NCBI GenBank assembly: GCA_018819285.1 | Contig: JAHJQM010000058.1 | Coordinates: 1-63,806 of the forward strand | Source of the DNA: Candidatus Omnitrophota bacterium | GTDB taxonomy: Bacteria; Omnitrophota; Gorgyraeia; Gorgyraeales; Gorgyraeaceae | Length of the DNA stretch: 63,806 nucleotides | Reading direction: 5' to 3' | Made by a program: the position numbers and the translations under genes | The notes under the pieces: generated by a model | The model's database searches: none | Told to the model about the DNA's origin: nothing | Seen by the model: only the letters and a program-made list of their open reading frames with translations | Shown: positions 1-10,360 of the stretch, in pieces | Numbering within the stretch: the stretch's first letter is position 1 | How the letters are laid out: every line of letters begins with the position of its first letter

Positions 1-1272
1 TTTATTTAGCCAATCGTTTACTGTTTTATCAGTAGTTTGATATAGAATGCTTCTATTGCCTAAAGCCCTGGGGCCATATTCAAGTTTTCCTGAAAAACGA
101 GCAACAACTTTACCTATGCTAAGAAGTTGAGCTGTTATTTTTTCAATGTCTTGATGATATTCATAAGGCATATTACTAGATTTTATAGTTTTTTCTATCT
201 CATCGTTATTGTAATCAGGGCCCCAATAGACATTTTTTAATTTAAAAGGCTTCAAAGACATATTTTCTGCCAAATATTTTAATCCTACCCCTAAGCTTAT
301 ACCTTGGTCAGTCATGGCAGGGTGAATGAATATTTCTTTTACTTCCTCCAGTTCTGATATCTTTTGGTTAAGGCGGACATTTCCATATACTCCGCCTGCA
401 AAGGCAATATTTGGTATTTTCGTAATCCTGACAGCCTCTTTGATATATTCCAGCATTACTTCTTCAAACCGCTTTTGCGCACTAGCTGCTATGTCTTCTT
501 TAGAGTAATTGCGTAATTCCCTGAATAACCCTAGCGATTTGGACTTAAAAAGAAGAGGGGGTAATACAAAGTCTTTTTTATTATTATGAAGTGAAAATAA
601 ATTTTTTATTACGTTATATGCATTATCAGGATTTCCATAAGCTGCTAAACCTGTCATTTTTCCAGCCATTAAGGGATGAAATCCCAAAATCTGGGATATC
701 TCGCCATAAAATTGGCCTGGGGAGTTCAATGCAGATGAGCCATATAAGAAATTACATTTTCCGTTTTCACAGGTAAATACCGCGCTGGACAACCCATCTC
801 CGAAATTATCAGTGGTAATAGTCAGCGCTTTATTGAATCCCGATGTCATATATGCTGAGTAGGCATGCGCAGTATGATGGTCAGTAAGAAAAATGTTTTT
901 CCCTAATTTATATTTTAATAGGGCATTATTTAAACTTTCTACCATATTTCTGAAAATAGCACTTTTAAATAATGCATGATGATAATATAGCGAGATTTTT
1001 TGCCCTATGCCTAAAAATGGATGTTCAAAGGTAGGGAAACTATTGCCTAGTATCCTTGGCAGAGGGTGGTATTTATTTCCGCACAAGACAATAGTTATAT
1101 CTTTTAAAGAAAGGTTGAACTTATTAAGAATAAATTTTAAGGATTCTTCTGGAAATCCTCCTTTGTGTTTTATTCGAGTCAGGCGCTCTTCTGCAACTGA
1201 AAAAATAATATCGCTATTATGAAAGAGGGTTATGTTGGCATTACTGTCTTCGTGTATTGTAAGAATATACAT
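1..1272 (-). CDS. Carbamoyltransferase (NodU/CmcH family), C-terminus cut by window edge
   Basis: Absent from the ORF track because there is no stop in the window. My reverse-strand translation from the ATG (complement of 1270-1272) reads MYILTIHEDSNANITLFHNSDIIFSVAEERLTRIKHKGGFPEES. The last codons read ...ARFSGKLEYGPRALGNRSILYQTTDKTVNDWLNK. Both are hallmark NodU/CmcH segments. The frame is open through position 1. Confidence 0.8.
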   Translation of the reverse strand, partial: MYILTIHEDSNANITLFHNSDIIFSVAEERLTRIKHKGGFPEESLKFILNKFNLSLKDITIVLCGNKYHPLPRILGNSFPTFEHPFLGIGQKISLYYHHALFKSAIFRNMVESLNNALLKYKLGKNIFLTDHHTAHAYSAYMTSGFNKALTITTDNFGDGLSSAVFTCENGKCNFLYGSSALNSPGQFYGEISQILGFHPLMAGKMTGLAAYGNPDNAYNVIKNLFSLHNNKKDFVLPPLLFKSKSLGLFRELRNYSKEDIAASAQKRFEEVMLEYIKEAVRITKIPNIAFAGGVYGNVRLNQKISELEEVKEIFIHPAMTDQGISLGVGLKYLAENMSLKPFKLKNVYWGPDYNNDEIEKTIKSSNMPYEYHQDIEKITAQLLSIGKVVARFSGKLEYGPRALGNRSILYQTTDKTVNDWLNK

Positions 1273-1274
1273 GG

Positions 1275-1553
1275 CTATTTTTTATTATGGCAATAATTAT
1301 TATATACAACTATGGCCAGAGTTATTATGTTTACCAAGCTCGCCGTTGTAAACACCAATTTTTTATTAATTACAGTATGCAATAATATAGCAATACTAAA
1401 TGATCCTATAGGAATTAATGCAATGCTTAATCCGCATCCCAAGGCTAGCGTTACAATGAGGCTATTTTTATTAAAAGACAATCTGGATATTAGATATCCC
1501 GGAAGGAAAAGGGCGTATAGTAGACTAAAAAGTAAATAAAATATATTTAACAT
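1275..1553 (-). CDS. Small hydrophobic membrane protein (about 3 TM), function unknown
   Basis: 92-aa ORF that is almost entirely hydrophobic. Its stop lies 2 nt from the carbamoyltransferase ATG, so it is packed into the operon. Confidence 0.5.
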   Translation of the reverse strand: MLNIFYLLFSLLYALFLPGYLISRLSFNKNSLIVTLALGCGLSIALIPIGSFSIAILLHTVINKKLVFTTASLVNIITLAIVVYNNYCHNKK

Positions 1554-1565
1554 TTTCAGGATTTG

Positions 1566-3041
1566 TCAGGACTCATAAATATATTTCCAGAAATCTATAA
1601 CGCGGATATCTTTCTGAACAATTTCTTTTTTTATTTTATCCAGCGCATTAAAGATATCTATTTTTTGTTTAAAAAACTCTGGAAAGATATTAGCCTTTGT
1701 AAGCTCGTGTTTCTGCGCCAGAAGCTCTTTCGGATCTTCTTTTTTTGTTCTCAAGTCGTCGCCTATATAAGACATAGTTCCCTGCTTTAATATGCGGGGA
1801 AAACGCGTATACCATCTTTCATCAGCATCAAAACTCAGATAGAATGCAAGCCTCACCAGAATTACTAGTACTAATGATGAGACAGCTGTTTTTAATGCAA
1901 TTTTTCTAATATATTTAGCTCTTAGAAAATTTTCTATGCCATAACTTATAAATAAAATAATAGGATTAAATACAAGAAGTATAAAAGTCATTTTCAATTC
2001 ACTCCAATTTTCCATTATAGATAATAGAATATAGATAGGTGCAAGCCATAGGATAAAGAAAATAAATAACCGTTTATTTTCCTTATACATATTAGTCGCT
2101 CCCTTAAACATCATGACTATTAAGATAATACCAAAAGATCTGATAATAGTAAGAGGCAGCGTAAGAAATGTAGGAAAGGAAAAATAAGGGGTTCTTACAA
2201 TCTTATCATAGAGAGGGTAATTAAACATGCCGTTAAAATTAAATTTCCAGAATAAAAATCTATGCTCAAATACAGGCCTGAATCCTTCCAGGCCGCTAAA
2301 TTGCGTAGGGTGTGTGAATATACTGCCAAATGCAAACTTATTCCAATATAGAATTGGGACTATGGTTATTGATGCGCCGATAATAAATAGCAGAGTATCT
2401 TTTTTCTTTTTGTTGGAAAAGACATATAATCCATAAAGCATAGCAGGGAATAATAATATACCAACCTCTCTTGCGCCGCATAATACGCCATAAACCGCTC
2501 CTATTATAAACCAAGACGTTTTTTTTGAAATAATAAGATAAAGCAATATAGATATCAGCATCATGCCTGTTATATTGGAGTTTAATTTATTAAGGGATAA
2601 AAAATATGAATTGAATGTTGCTAAAATAGCGGATAAAATGCAAATAATAAATTTATCAGATATTAGCTTTGTTGTCAGAAAGATAAATAATGCGGTTAAA
2701 ACAATCGAGGCCGCAAATAATAATCGAAATCCGAAGATATTAAAAAAGATAAACCAAGGAGTAAATAAAATTGCTCCTCCAAGCCGCTGGTCTTTTGTTG
2801 CAATGCCGTAGGAGCTTTTATTTACTAAATTATCCGGTAGTTTTCCAGGCAAAGAATAGTTATATAAATCTTGCCCGTCTTTTGATGAGAAATGGACAGG
2901 TTGATTTGCCGCCAAGAGTGCCGGGACTGTTATATATGTATCCCAATATCCAGTCGCCGGCCCATCAAATCGTAAAAGGCTATATAAAAATATAAGAATT
3001 AAGACAAAAGATATGATTAAATATTTAAACCTAGAGTTCAT
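1566..3041 (-). CDS. Polytopic membrane protein, GT-C/ArnT-PMT-like glycosyltransferase candidate
   Basis: 491 aa with many predicted TM helices and a soluble C-terminal tail. The architecture and glycan-locus context suggest a GT-C fold. No catalytic motif was verified. Confidence 0.45.
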   Translation of the reverse strand: MNSRFKYLIISFVLILIFLYSLLRFDGPATGYWDTYITVPALLAANQPVHFSSKDGQDLYNYSLPGKLPDNLVNKSSYGIATKDQRLGGAILFTPWFIFFNIFGFRLLFAASIVLTALFIFLTTKLISDKFIICILSAILATFNSYFLSLNKLNSNITGMMLISILLYLIISKKTSWFIIGAVYGVLCGAREVGILLFPAMLYGLYVFSNKKKKDTLLFIIGASITIVPILYWNKFAFGSIFTHPTQFSGLEGFRPVFEHRFLFWKFNFNGMFNYPLYDKIVRTPYFSFPTFLTLPLTIIRSFGIILIVMMFKGATNMYKENKRLFIFFILWLAPIYILLSIMENWSELKMTFILLVFNPIILFISYGIENFLRAKYIRKIALKTAVSSLVLVILVRLAFYLSFDADERWYTRFPRILKQGTMSYIGDDLRTKKEDPKELLAQKHELTKANIFPEFFKQKIDIFNALDKIKKEIVQKDIRVIDFWKYIYES

Positions 3042-3289
3042 TTAGGAGCGCATTTAGTTTTTATTACTAATCCTTTTCGTTGCTTGATTTCTTTTAAAGT
3101 GGTATTGAAAAATAGATTATGAAATTTTACAAGTGTTTTATAGTGGGGATATTTTTTGATAAACGCATGACGCAAAAACATCGCAAATTTCAAATTAACA
3201 TTAAAAATATAAAATATTCCTATACCTAATAAATATCTTATCTTAGATATCGGCGCATATGCATTTCTGCCATCACAGCATCTTCCCAT
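3038..3289 (-). CDS. Small basic hypothetical protein
   Basis: 83-aa ORF. Its TGA overlaps the downstream ATG (ATGA at 3038-3041), and its start overlaps the upstream gene end by 17 nt. This is a translational-coupling geometry. Confidence 0.35.
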   Translation of the reverse strand: MGRCCDGRNAYAPISKIRYLLGIGIFYIFNVNLKFAMFLRHAFIKKYPHYKTLVKFHNLFFNTTLKEIKQRKGLVIKTKCAPK

Positions 3290-3989
3290 TATTGAGGTAC
3301 TCCTTTATATATTGTTCTGCATTTTTTTGTTTTTGTTCTATAAATTTTACAACTAACATTTCTTCATGCTCTAAAGCTTTATTGAATAAAAGATAAGGCA
3401 GATAATATATTTCTCCAGGGATGCATTTTGGCTGTATACCAAGATATCTGTCTTTAATCGGAATACCCATATTGAATCTTAATTCTTTTAATATCTTTCT
3501 CTTTTCATCTCTCGACTGTTCATAAACAGGCACAGAATAATCAATCCCATATTTTTTATAAAACATATTGATCATGGATATGCTTACTATCATTTGCTCA
3601 ACCATTTCGCTTGTATCCTGAGATGAGCCATCAGCCATAAATTTTACATTATTTTCCAGGTTGTAAACTATACTGCGCGTATGCATTGTCATTTTACATC
3701 CCATGCACCATATAAGGCCGGATTTATATTCATTGTAGTCTTCAAGAAGCGTATCTAAGACCATTTTTTTAAAAAGACCTTCTATGGAAATAGAATTATG
3801 GATAAAGCTATCTCCAAATTTATCTTTTAATTCCTCCGCCCGTTTTTTGCTTTTTTCCATATGGTAATGCCCGTGTCCATTACAATAAGTCAGTAAATGT
3901 ACTTTATGGTATCGTTTAGATAGATTGATTGCGGCTATGGTTGAGTCTACTCCTCCGGAAAACATAAGAGATATTTCCTGCTTATCCAT
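3273..3989 (-). CDS. PP-loop ATP pyrophosphatase superfamily protein (adenine nucleotide alpha hydrolase)
   Basis: N-terminal SGGVDS PP-loop motif (MFSGGVDST) and a WCMGCKMTMH Cys motif similar to ThiI/QueC-like enzymes. Confidence 0.7.
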   Translation of the reverse strand: MDKQEISLMFSGGVDSTIAAINLSKRYHKVHLLTYCNGHGHYHMEKSKKRAEELKDKFGDSFIHNSISIEGLFKKMVLDTLLEDYNEYKSGLIWCMGCKMTMHTRSIVYNLENNVKFMADGSSQDTSEMVEQMIVSISMINMFYKKYGIDYSVPVYEQSRDEKRKILKELRFNMGIPIKDRYLGIQPKCIPGEIYYLPYLLFNKALEHEEMLVVKFIEQKQKNAEQYIKEYLNNGKML

Positions 3990-4004
3990 TATTTAAAAAT
4001 TTTA

Positions 4005-4979
4005 TCATCTTGTAATATTAGTGTCAAGTAATGTCGCGTATTCTAAAGAAGTGGAGAATTTGAAGTCTTTTGTGATAGCGCGAAGTATATGGCTACATAT
4101 TTTTTGTTTGATTTTTAAAGGCAGGTTTAACCCGAACTGCCGTCTTATAGCATGGTCGCATATAGGATCTGAGAGTTCATTCGTATGAAATACCGTATTT
4201 AATGGCAGGGGAGTTATTTTAAGAAGGTTATATCCCATGTCAAACAACATAGAACCAAGGCCAAGATGATAAGCGGCAAATGTAAAACTTGCATGAAATG
4301 GCAGGCGCAGTAAAGGCATAGTTGTAATGGGCACTTCAATAATTTTCATCACACCTTTTTTCCATATGGCTTCGCTGGAAGGATGATAAGGAAACAAAGG
4401 CGCTAATCCATGCGAAAATTTTCCAAGATAATGATTTTTTTGAGGTATTTTTAAAGAAACAAATTTAAGCGTTTTAATTAATGAAGCATAATAAGTAGGA
4501 AGGAGAGATGAGTCATACACATAGCCTCTATCTTCTAATATTCCAAGGACCTCAATATCTACGTCGTTAGAAGGAGTCCTAAAACCTTTTGTGATAACGC
4601 CGAGTTCATTTTTTATTATATGCTCAGCTTCTTCTATTTCTTTTACTTTTTTATCAAATGACAGAAATGAAAAGCCTTCCGCATGATTCATGGTATGATT
4701 CGCTATTTCGTGCCCTCTATTGACAATATCCTTAAGCAGCTTTCTTCTAACAGGGAAGAGGAGGTCTTTCCCCACAACAAAGAAAGTGGCTTTTATTTGA
4801 TAAGAATCAAATAAATCAAGGAATCTTGGTATAGAAGATTCAAACATAGGATCTACTATGTTGTTATAATGATGCCCAAAATGCTGGAATATGACCCATA
4901 AACCATCAGTATCGATCTGAATAGTGCCTAATTTTATCATCCTGTCTATAAAGATATCTTTTTTTGCATAGTTAGTCAA
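4005..4979 (-). CDS. Polysaccharide deacetylase (NodB homology domain, CE4-like)
   Basis: TFFVVGKDL and HEIANHTMNH motifs typical of the NodB domain. The track start is TTG. An alternative ATG lies at 4940. Confidence 0.75.
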   Translation of the reverse strand: MTNYAKKDIFIDRMIKLGTIQIDTDGLWVIFQHFGHHYNNIVDPMFESSIPRFLDLFDSYQIKATFFVVGKDLLFPVRRKLLKDIVNRGHEIANHTMNHAEGFSFLSFDKKVKEIEEAEHIIKNELGVITKGFRTPSNDVDIEVLGILEDRGYVYDSSLLPTYYASLIKTLKFVSLKIPQKNHYLGKFSHGLAPLFPYHPSSEAIWKKGVMKIIEVPITTMPLLRLPFHASFTFAAYHLGLGSMLFDMGYNLLKITPLPLNTVFHTNELSDPICDHAIRRQFGLNLPLKIKQKICSHILRAITKDFKFSTSLEYATLLDTNITR

Positions 4980-5019
4980 CTTAAATGTATTGATTATTCA
5001 TTAGAGAGATGATATTATT

Positions 5020-7137
5020 TTGTATGTGAAAGCGTATAAGGTTTTTTTATTTGTTTTTTTATTTGTTCTACTAAAGAATTACGCCTGTGCTGAAGAACCA
5101 GCCAATTCCATTGAAGATCAATTTAGAATAGCTATATTTAAAGAGCAGGATTTCCCTTCCAGCGGAACACCTGATTTACTTACGCCAGAATGGCTGTACG
5201 ATAACCTTTCAAAGAATTTTTCTGTAGCCTATTTAAATGCCTCTCAACTCAGCGATAGAAAATATTTAAATACAGAAAACTTTGATTTATTTATTTTACC
5301 TTACGGAGAGTCTTTTCCGTATAAGGTATTTCAGCAAATAAAAGAATATCTTTTTGAAGGAGGTGGCTTATTAAATATTGCTGGAAGGCCTTTTTGGGCG
5401 CCTATAGACAAGATTGACGGTAAATGGAAAAAAATGAATGTTGATGACCCCTATAAAGAATTTCTATCCCCTTTGGGGATTAAATATTATGAATCTTTAG
5501 ATAATGAAGATATTGGCTTAAGCGTTACCACAAGCCTTGGTTTTACCCCTATAAAGCCTACGCATGGAAATATTTTTCCATACAGGATCCCTGCTCGTGA
5601 TTTCTTTTTTTTGGAGAACACAGTTGATGTAAAAAATAAAAATTCATCAATTTTTGTAAAAAGCTGGAGAAATCCTTATATTAAAGATTCATTAAATATA
5701 CCCCATAAATGGTGTCTTGTGGGTTCAAGAGGAGAAGGGCATTTTTTAAATCCAAAAAATTCAATTGCCCTAGAAAATTTATCAAAAATTATAGAGTATC
5801 TGGCCTGTCCTATTATTATCTATGAATTAGAAACAGATTTAGCTGCTTATTATCAAAGAGAAGAAGTTAAAGTTTCGTTAAAGGTAATGAATAATGGGAA
5901 ATTTAAAGAAAAAGCCGTAGTAGATTTTGAGTTTTTAGACCAGGATGGCAAGATTGTTTATGACTCAAGCAGTTCTATGGAATTAAATTCAGGACAGAGA
6001 ATGGTATTAAATGAAAAATGGCGCCCTAAAAAATTTCATGGCAGTTTTTATAAGATTAGAGCTATCCTGAAGAAAGACGATATAATTTTAGATAAAGAAG
6101 AAAATGGTTTTGTTGTGATAGATAAAGATATTTTGAAAAAAGGGCCAAATATTAAAACAAAAGGAAACAAAATTATTATTAATGGAAAAGAAGAATTTAT
6201 ATTAGGAACAAATTACTATGAAAGTAAAATCGGAGAGTTAATGTGGGTTAGGCCAAATATATTAAAAATAAGAGAAGATTTTAAAGCAATGCGGGGTTTA
6301 GGCATTAATTTTGTACGCATTCATTATCATCATTCTAAGTGGTTCAGGGATTATTTTTCTCAGGTTGTTAAAGAAAAAATAGATCCATATTTTCAAGTTA
6401 CAGATACAACGGCTTTGCCTTCAGAAAGATCTTTAAGAATATTAGACGCTATCATTCAGCTGGCTCAGGAACAGGGTTTAATTTTTTGCATGGATATTTT
6501 TTCATTAGTTCCAGAAGAAATGGGTAATCCCATTGGTTGGCTTGGCCTTAAGGAAAGGATTGTGGATGAAAATAAAATTACTATCCATAAGAAGTTTATT
6601 TATTTGCTTGCCAGGCGGTATAAAGATGTGCCGGGAATTACATGGGATTTATGGAATGAGCCGCGTTTAGATAAAAATGATTTAGATATATTAAAGAATT
6701 GGGCCAAGGAAATTAAAGAAGCGTTTAGGGAACACGGGGATAATCATCTTATTACAATAGGAGATGATTTAAGCCTGCATTTTCTTGATATTCTGGATTA
6801 TGCTTGTGTGCACACATATGAACCTGCAGAGTTTGCACATATAAGAGGCCTAGATAAACCATTTATATTCCAAGAAGTCTGGGATGAGGCTGGTTGCAGT
6901 TTGAATGAGGAGATAAGACAAAAAGATGAATTAACAAAGGATTTAAACGCTTTCTTAAAAACACAGGCAGCAGGTTTTGTGCCTTGGCAGTGGACAAGGC
7001 AGGCTCGACTTTGGAACAATACCAGCGATTCTGAAAAATGGGACGATGAACTTGGGCTTTGTGTTCATGATAATGGAACCTTAAAATTAGGGGGAAAAGG
7101 TTATTATTATTTAATCAACAGCATTAAAGAGAGATAG
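5020..7137 (+). CDS. Secreted glycoside hydrolase, clan GH-A (GH5-like TIM barrel) with uncharacterised N-terminal domain
   Basis: N-terminal signal-like segment (FLFVFLFVLLKNYACAEE). INFVRIHYHH and WDLWNEP motifs (NEP acid/base motif of clan GH-A). Start is TTG 5020 or in-frame GTG 5026. Confidence 0.6.
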   Translation: MYVKAYKVFLFVFLFVLLKNYACAEEPANSIEDQFRIAIFKEQDFPSSGTPDLLTPEWLYDNLSKNFSVAYLNASQLSDRKYLNTENFDLFILPYGESFPYKVFQQIKEYLFEGGGLLNIAGRPFWAPIDKIDGKWKKMNVDDPYKEFLSPLGIKYYESLDNEDIGLSVTTSLGFTPIKPTHGNIFPYRIPARDFFFLENTVDVKNKNSSIFVKSWRNPYIKDSLNIPHKWCLVGSRGEGHFLNPKNSIALENLSKIIEYLACPIIIYELETDLAAYYQREEVKVSLKVMNNGKFKEKAVVDFEFLDQDGKIVYDSSSSMELNSGQRMVLNEKWRPKKFHGSFYKIRAILKKDDIILDKEENGFVVIDKDILKKGPNIKTKGNKIIINGKEEFILGTNYYESKIGELMWVRPNILKIREDFKAMRGLGINFVRIHYHHSKWFRDYFSQVVKEKIDPYFQVTDTTALPSERSLRILDAIIQLAQEQGLIFCMDIFSLVPEEMGNPIGWLGLKERIVDENKITIHKKFIYLLARRYKDVPGITWDLWNEPRLDKNDLDILKNWAKEIKEAFREHGDNHLITIGDDLSLHFLDILDYACVHTYEPAEFAHIRGLDKPFIFQEVWDEAGCSLNEEIRQKDELTKDLNAFLKTQAAGFVPWQWTRQARLWNNTSDSEKWDDELGLCVHDNGTLKLGGKGYYYLINSIKER

Positions 7138-7189
7138 AAAAGTTTAAAATCTTTTAGGTTACCAATTAATGTGAACCAATTATAAATAA

Positions 7190-8290
7190 ATGAAAGTAAT
7201 CTTTATTACACGAGAGGGGTATAATTTATCTGGTGCGAGGGTTAGATGCTATAATTTTGCAAAGGCATTGAAAGGATACGGCGTAGACACGGAAGTTTTT
7301 TCTTTTGCAGATAATTTGGGAGCTAAATACGGCGAAAAAGAGTTTGAAATGTCTTGTTTAGATAAGATTAGGTATAATATAAAAGCTATTAAAGCATTGT
7401 TGAAAAAAGAAAAAGACGCTATATTTTTTATGCAAAGGTTAAATTATCATACCTTAGGCCCATTCGTTGTTTCTTTAATCAATAGGAATAAATTTATATT
7501 TGACTGCGATGATTGGAATATCAGAGAGAACCCAGCGTATTATTTTAGATTCTTCCCAAGCTCCAAGATGGAGTTTTTGACACGAAAGATAGCAAGTTAT
7601 GCGGATGCGTGTATTGCGTCAAGCCTATTTTTAAAAAATTATTTAGAAAAGTTTAATGACAAGGTATACGGTATTCCTACAGGCGTAGATACTGAGTTTT
7701 TTAGGCCTAAAAATAATCATAGAGATAATTCAAAAATAATTTTCTCATGGATTGGTACAATGTATCATAAGGAAATGCGCGAGAACATAAAGTTTATATT
7801 GGATTGTTTTTTGGTATTAGCAGATAAGTATGATGATATTTTTTTGAATATTGTAGGAGAAGGAAAATATTTTATAGAACTCAGTACTTATATAACTAAT
7901 TCTAAGCATAGGGATAGGATAAGAATAGATAATTGGATTCCGCCGGATAAAATTCCTGATTATCTTTCAAATATTAATATAGGCCTTTTGCCTTTAATTC
8001 AAGATACAAAATTTAACAAGGCAAAGAGCCCTACCAAGCTCTTTGAATATATGGCTATGGCAAAACCAACTGTATCAAGCAATATTGGAGAAGCAGCGCA
8101 TGTCATTCGCGCTGGTAATAATGGTTTTTTAGCGGGCTCAAAAGAAGAATTTATGGAAAAGATGGAAATATTAATCAATGACCCTGTTTTATGCAGATAT
8201 ATAGGGAATAACGCCAGAAGCGCTATACAGGAAAAATACTCTCTTAGCGCTTTAGGAAAAAGGTTATACGATATACTAGGAAAGATTTGA
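7190..8290 (+). CDS. Glycosyltransferase family 4 (GT-B fold)
   Basis: C-terminal PTKLFEYMAMAKPTVSSNIGE matches the GT4 EX7E-region pattern. 366 aa is a typical size. Confidence 0.8.
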   Translation: MKVIFITREGYNLSGARVRCYNFAKALKGYGVDTEVFSFADNLGAKYGEKEFEMSCLDKIRYNIKAIKALLKKEKDAIFFMQRLNYHTLGPFVVSLINRNKFIFDCDDWNIRENPAYYFRFFPSSKMEFLTRKIASYADACIASSLFLKNYLEKFNDKVYGIPTGVDTEFFRPKNNHRDNSKIIFSWIGTMYHKEMRENIKFILDCFLVLADKYDDIFLNIVGEGKYFIELSTYITNSKHRDRIRIDNWIPPDKIPDYLSNINIGLLPLIQDTKFNKAKSPTKLFEYMAMAKPTVSSNIGEAAHVIRAGNNGFLAGSKEEFMEKMEILINDPVLCRYIGNNARSAIQEKYSLSALGKRLYDILGKI

Positions 8291-8291
8291 T

Positions 8292-10346
8292 ATGTTTTTA
8301 GGATATATAGATCCGGGAAGCGGATTTACAATTTTTAGTTTTGGAGGCTGGTTGATTGTAATTTTATTTAGTTTTTTTGGGATATTTTTAGTATTCTTAA
8401 AAAGGACGAAAAAGTTTTTTAAAAACAATAAAAAAATAGTTATATTTTCTATTTTATTTATAATGAGTTTAATTTTGATAATAGGAGCGGCCATGAATGA
8501 AAAATCCGATTTTGACAAAAAAATAATTATTTTAGGGTTTGATGGCTTAAGTCCTAAAATAATTGAGCCAATGATGACAGAAGGAGAGCTTCCTAATTTT
8601 AGCAAATTAAAAGACATCGGATCTTATAGGCGTCTTTCAACAACAAATCCTTCCCAGTCTCCTGTAGCATGGGCAGGCTTTGCAACAGGCAAGAATCCCG
8701 GTAAAAATGGTGTTTTTGATTTTATAGTAAGAGATCCAAGGACTTACAGCCTCAGGCTTTCTCTTTCAAGCATGGAAAAAGGAAGGCCTCAACAGGTAAT
8801 AAAAAGCAAATGTTTCTGGCATTATACATCCGATGAGAAAATTCCAACTACAATAATAGGATGCCCCCTGACTTTTCCTCCTGATAAAATATATGGCAGG
8901 ATGCTTTCTGGAATGGGGGTCCCGGATATTTTAGGAACAGAGGGCACTTTTACTTTCTATACATCAGGATCTTTAAGTAATGATAAAGATATAGGTGGAA
9001 AGGTATTTAAAGTTAATAAATCTCCAATAATGATTATGAATCTAATTGGCCCCAGGGTTTCTATTTTAGGAGGCAAGGCTGATAATCTAAAAGTACCACT
9101 TAAAGTTACCTTACAGGAAGATAAAAATAGTATTTTTATAGAATTTCAAAATAATAAATTTGAACTTAAAAAAGATAAATGGAGCGATTGGAAAGAGATA
9201 ACTTTTAAATCAGGCCTATTTAAAAAAATAAAAGGGATCTTTAAATTTTATCTTGTAGGAATTCAACCAGAATTTAAGCTTTACATAAGCCCGATTAATT
9301 TTGACCCAAGAAAACCGTTTTTTCCAATATCTTACCCATCGTCGTATAGCAAAGAATTGGCAGATAACCTGGGGCTTTATTATACCCAAGGCATGCCCAT
9401 AGACACATGGTCGATTAACGAGAAAAGGCTTAATGAAAAAGTTCTATTAGAGCAAACTAATGTAGTTATGGAAGAGAGAAAGAGAGTATTGGATTTTGAA
9501 TTAAAGCGTTTCAATAAGGGAGTACTTTTTTGTTATTTCGGCTTAACTGATACCACGCAGCATATGTTTTGGCGATACATAGATTCGTCTCACCCGCTCT
9601 ATGAAGAAAATGCATCTCAAGAATACAAAGAAACTATAAAAATATGGTATAAAAAAATGGATAGTGTATTAGGCGATGTCATGAAGAGGTTGAACAAAGA
9701 AGACACGCTTATTGTTTTGTCTGACCATGGTTTTGATACTTTTAGAAGAGTCGTGCATATCAATGCATGGCTAAGACAAAATGGTTATTTAGAGCTAAAA
9801 AATCCACATGCTGAATCTGGATCGGATTTATTAGAAGATATTAATTGGTCAAGGACCAAGGCCTATGCTATTGGTTTCGGCGGTATCTATATTAATCAAC
9901 AGGACAGGGAACGGGATGGCATAGTTAAGCCTGGCCAAGAAACAGAGATGCTTAAAAAAGAAATAGCCATAAAATTAAAAGAATGGCAAGATGGAAAATA
10001 TAATCAGCCTATTATTAATAATGTCTATAAAAAAGAAGATATTTTTTTAGGTAAGTATACCAAAGATGCTCCGGATCTTTATGTTGGATTTAATGTAGGT
10101 TATCGAGCTTCATGGCAGACTGCTTTAGGAGGCGTTCCTAAAGATATGATTGAAGATAATCTTAAAAAATGGTCCGGAGACCATCTTTTTGACCCGATAC
10201 TTATACCAGGTGTACTATTTTTAAATAGAAAGATAGAAAAAGAACAACCTTCTATTTATGATATAACCCCTACTATTTTAAAGATAATAGATTATGATAG
10301 GGATAAAGTGCAAAAATGCGATTTTGACGGAAAGTCGTTATTATAG
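8292..10346 (+). CDS. Alkaline phosphatase superfamily protein (type I phosphodiesterase/nucleotide pyrophosphatase-like), membrane anchored
   Basis: Two N-terminal TM helices, then GFDGLSP, NPSQSPVAWAGFATG and VLSDHGF metal-site-type motifs of the AlkP/NPP family. Confidence 0.7.
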   Translation: MFLGYIDPGSGFTIFSFGGWLIVILFSFFGIFLVFLKRTKKFFKNNKKIVIFSILFIMSLILIIGAAMNEKSDFDKKIIILGFDGLSPKIIEPMMTEGELPNFSKLKDIGSYRRLSTTNPSQSPVAWAGFATGKNPGKNGVFDFIVRDPRTYSLRLSLSSMEKGRPQQVIKSKCFWHYTSDEKIPTTIIGCPLTFPPDKIYGRMLSGMGVPDILGTEGTFTFYTSGSLSNDKDIGGKVFKVNKSPIMIMNLIGPRVSILGGKADNLKVPLKVTLQEDKNSIFIEFQNNKFELKKDKWSDWKEITFKSGLFKKIKGIFKFYLVGIQPEFKLYISPINFDPRKPFFPISYPSSYSKELADNLGLYYTQGMPIDTWSINEKRLNEKVLLEQTNVVMEERKRVLDFELKRFNKGVLFCYFGLTDTTQHMFWRYIDSSHPLYEENASQEYKETIKIWYKKMDSVLGDVMKRLNKEDTLIVLSDHGFDTFRRVVHINAWLRQNGYLELKNPHAESGSDLLEDINWSRTKAYAIGFGGIYINQQDRERDGIVKPGQETEMLKKEIAIKLKEWQDGKYNQPIINNVYKKEDIFLGKYTKDAPDLYVGFNVGYRASWQTALGGVPKDMIEDNLKKWSGDHLFDPILIPGVLFLNRKIEKEQPSIYDITPTILKIIDYDRDKVQKCDFDGKSLL

Positions 10347-10360
10347 ATAAACCAGCAGTT

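Noticed and set aside
8276-8617. 113-aa minus-strand ORF spanning the GT4/AlkP gene junction.
   Set aside because: It is antisense to the hydrophobic N-terminus of the AlkP-family gene. Its Ile/Lys/Asn-rich composition reflects AT-richness. There is no RBS.
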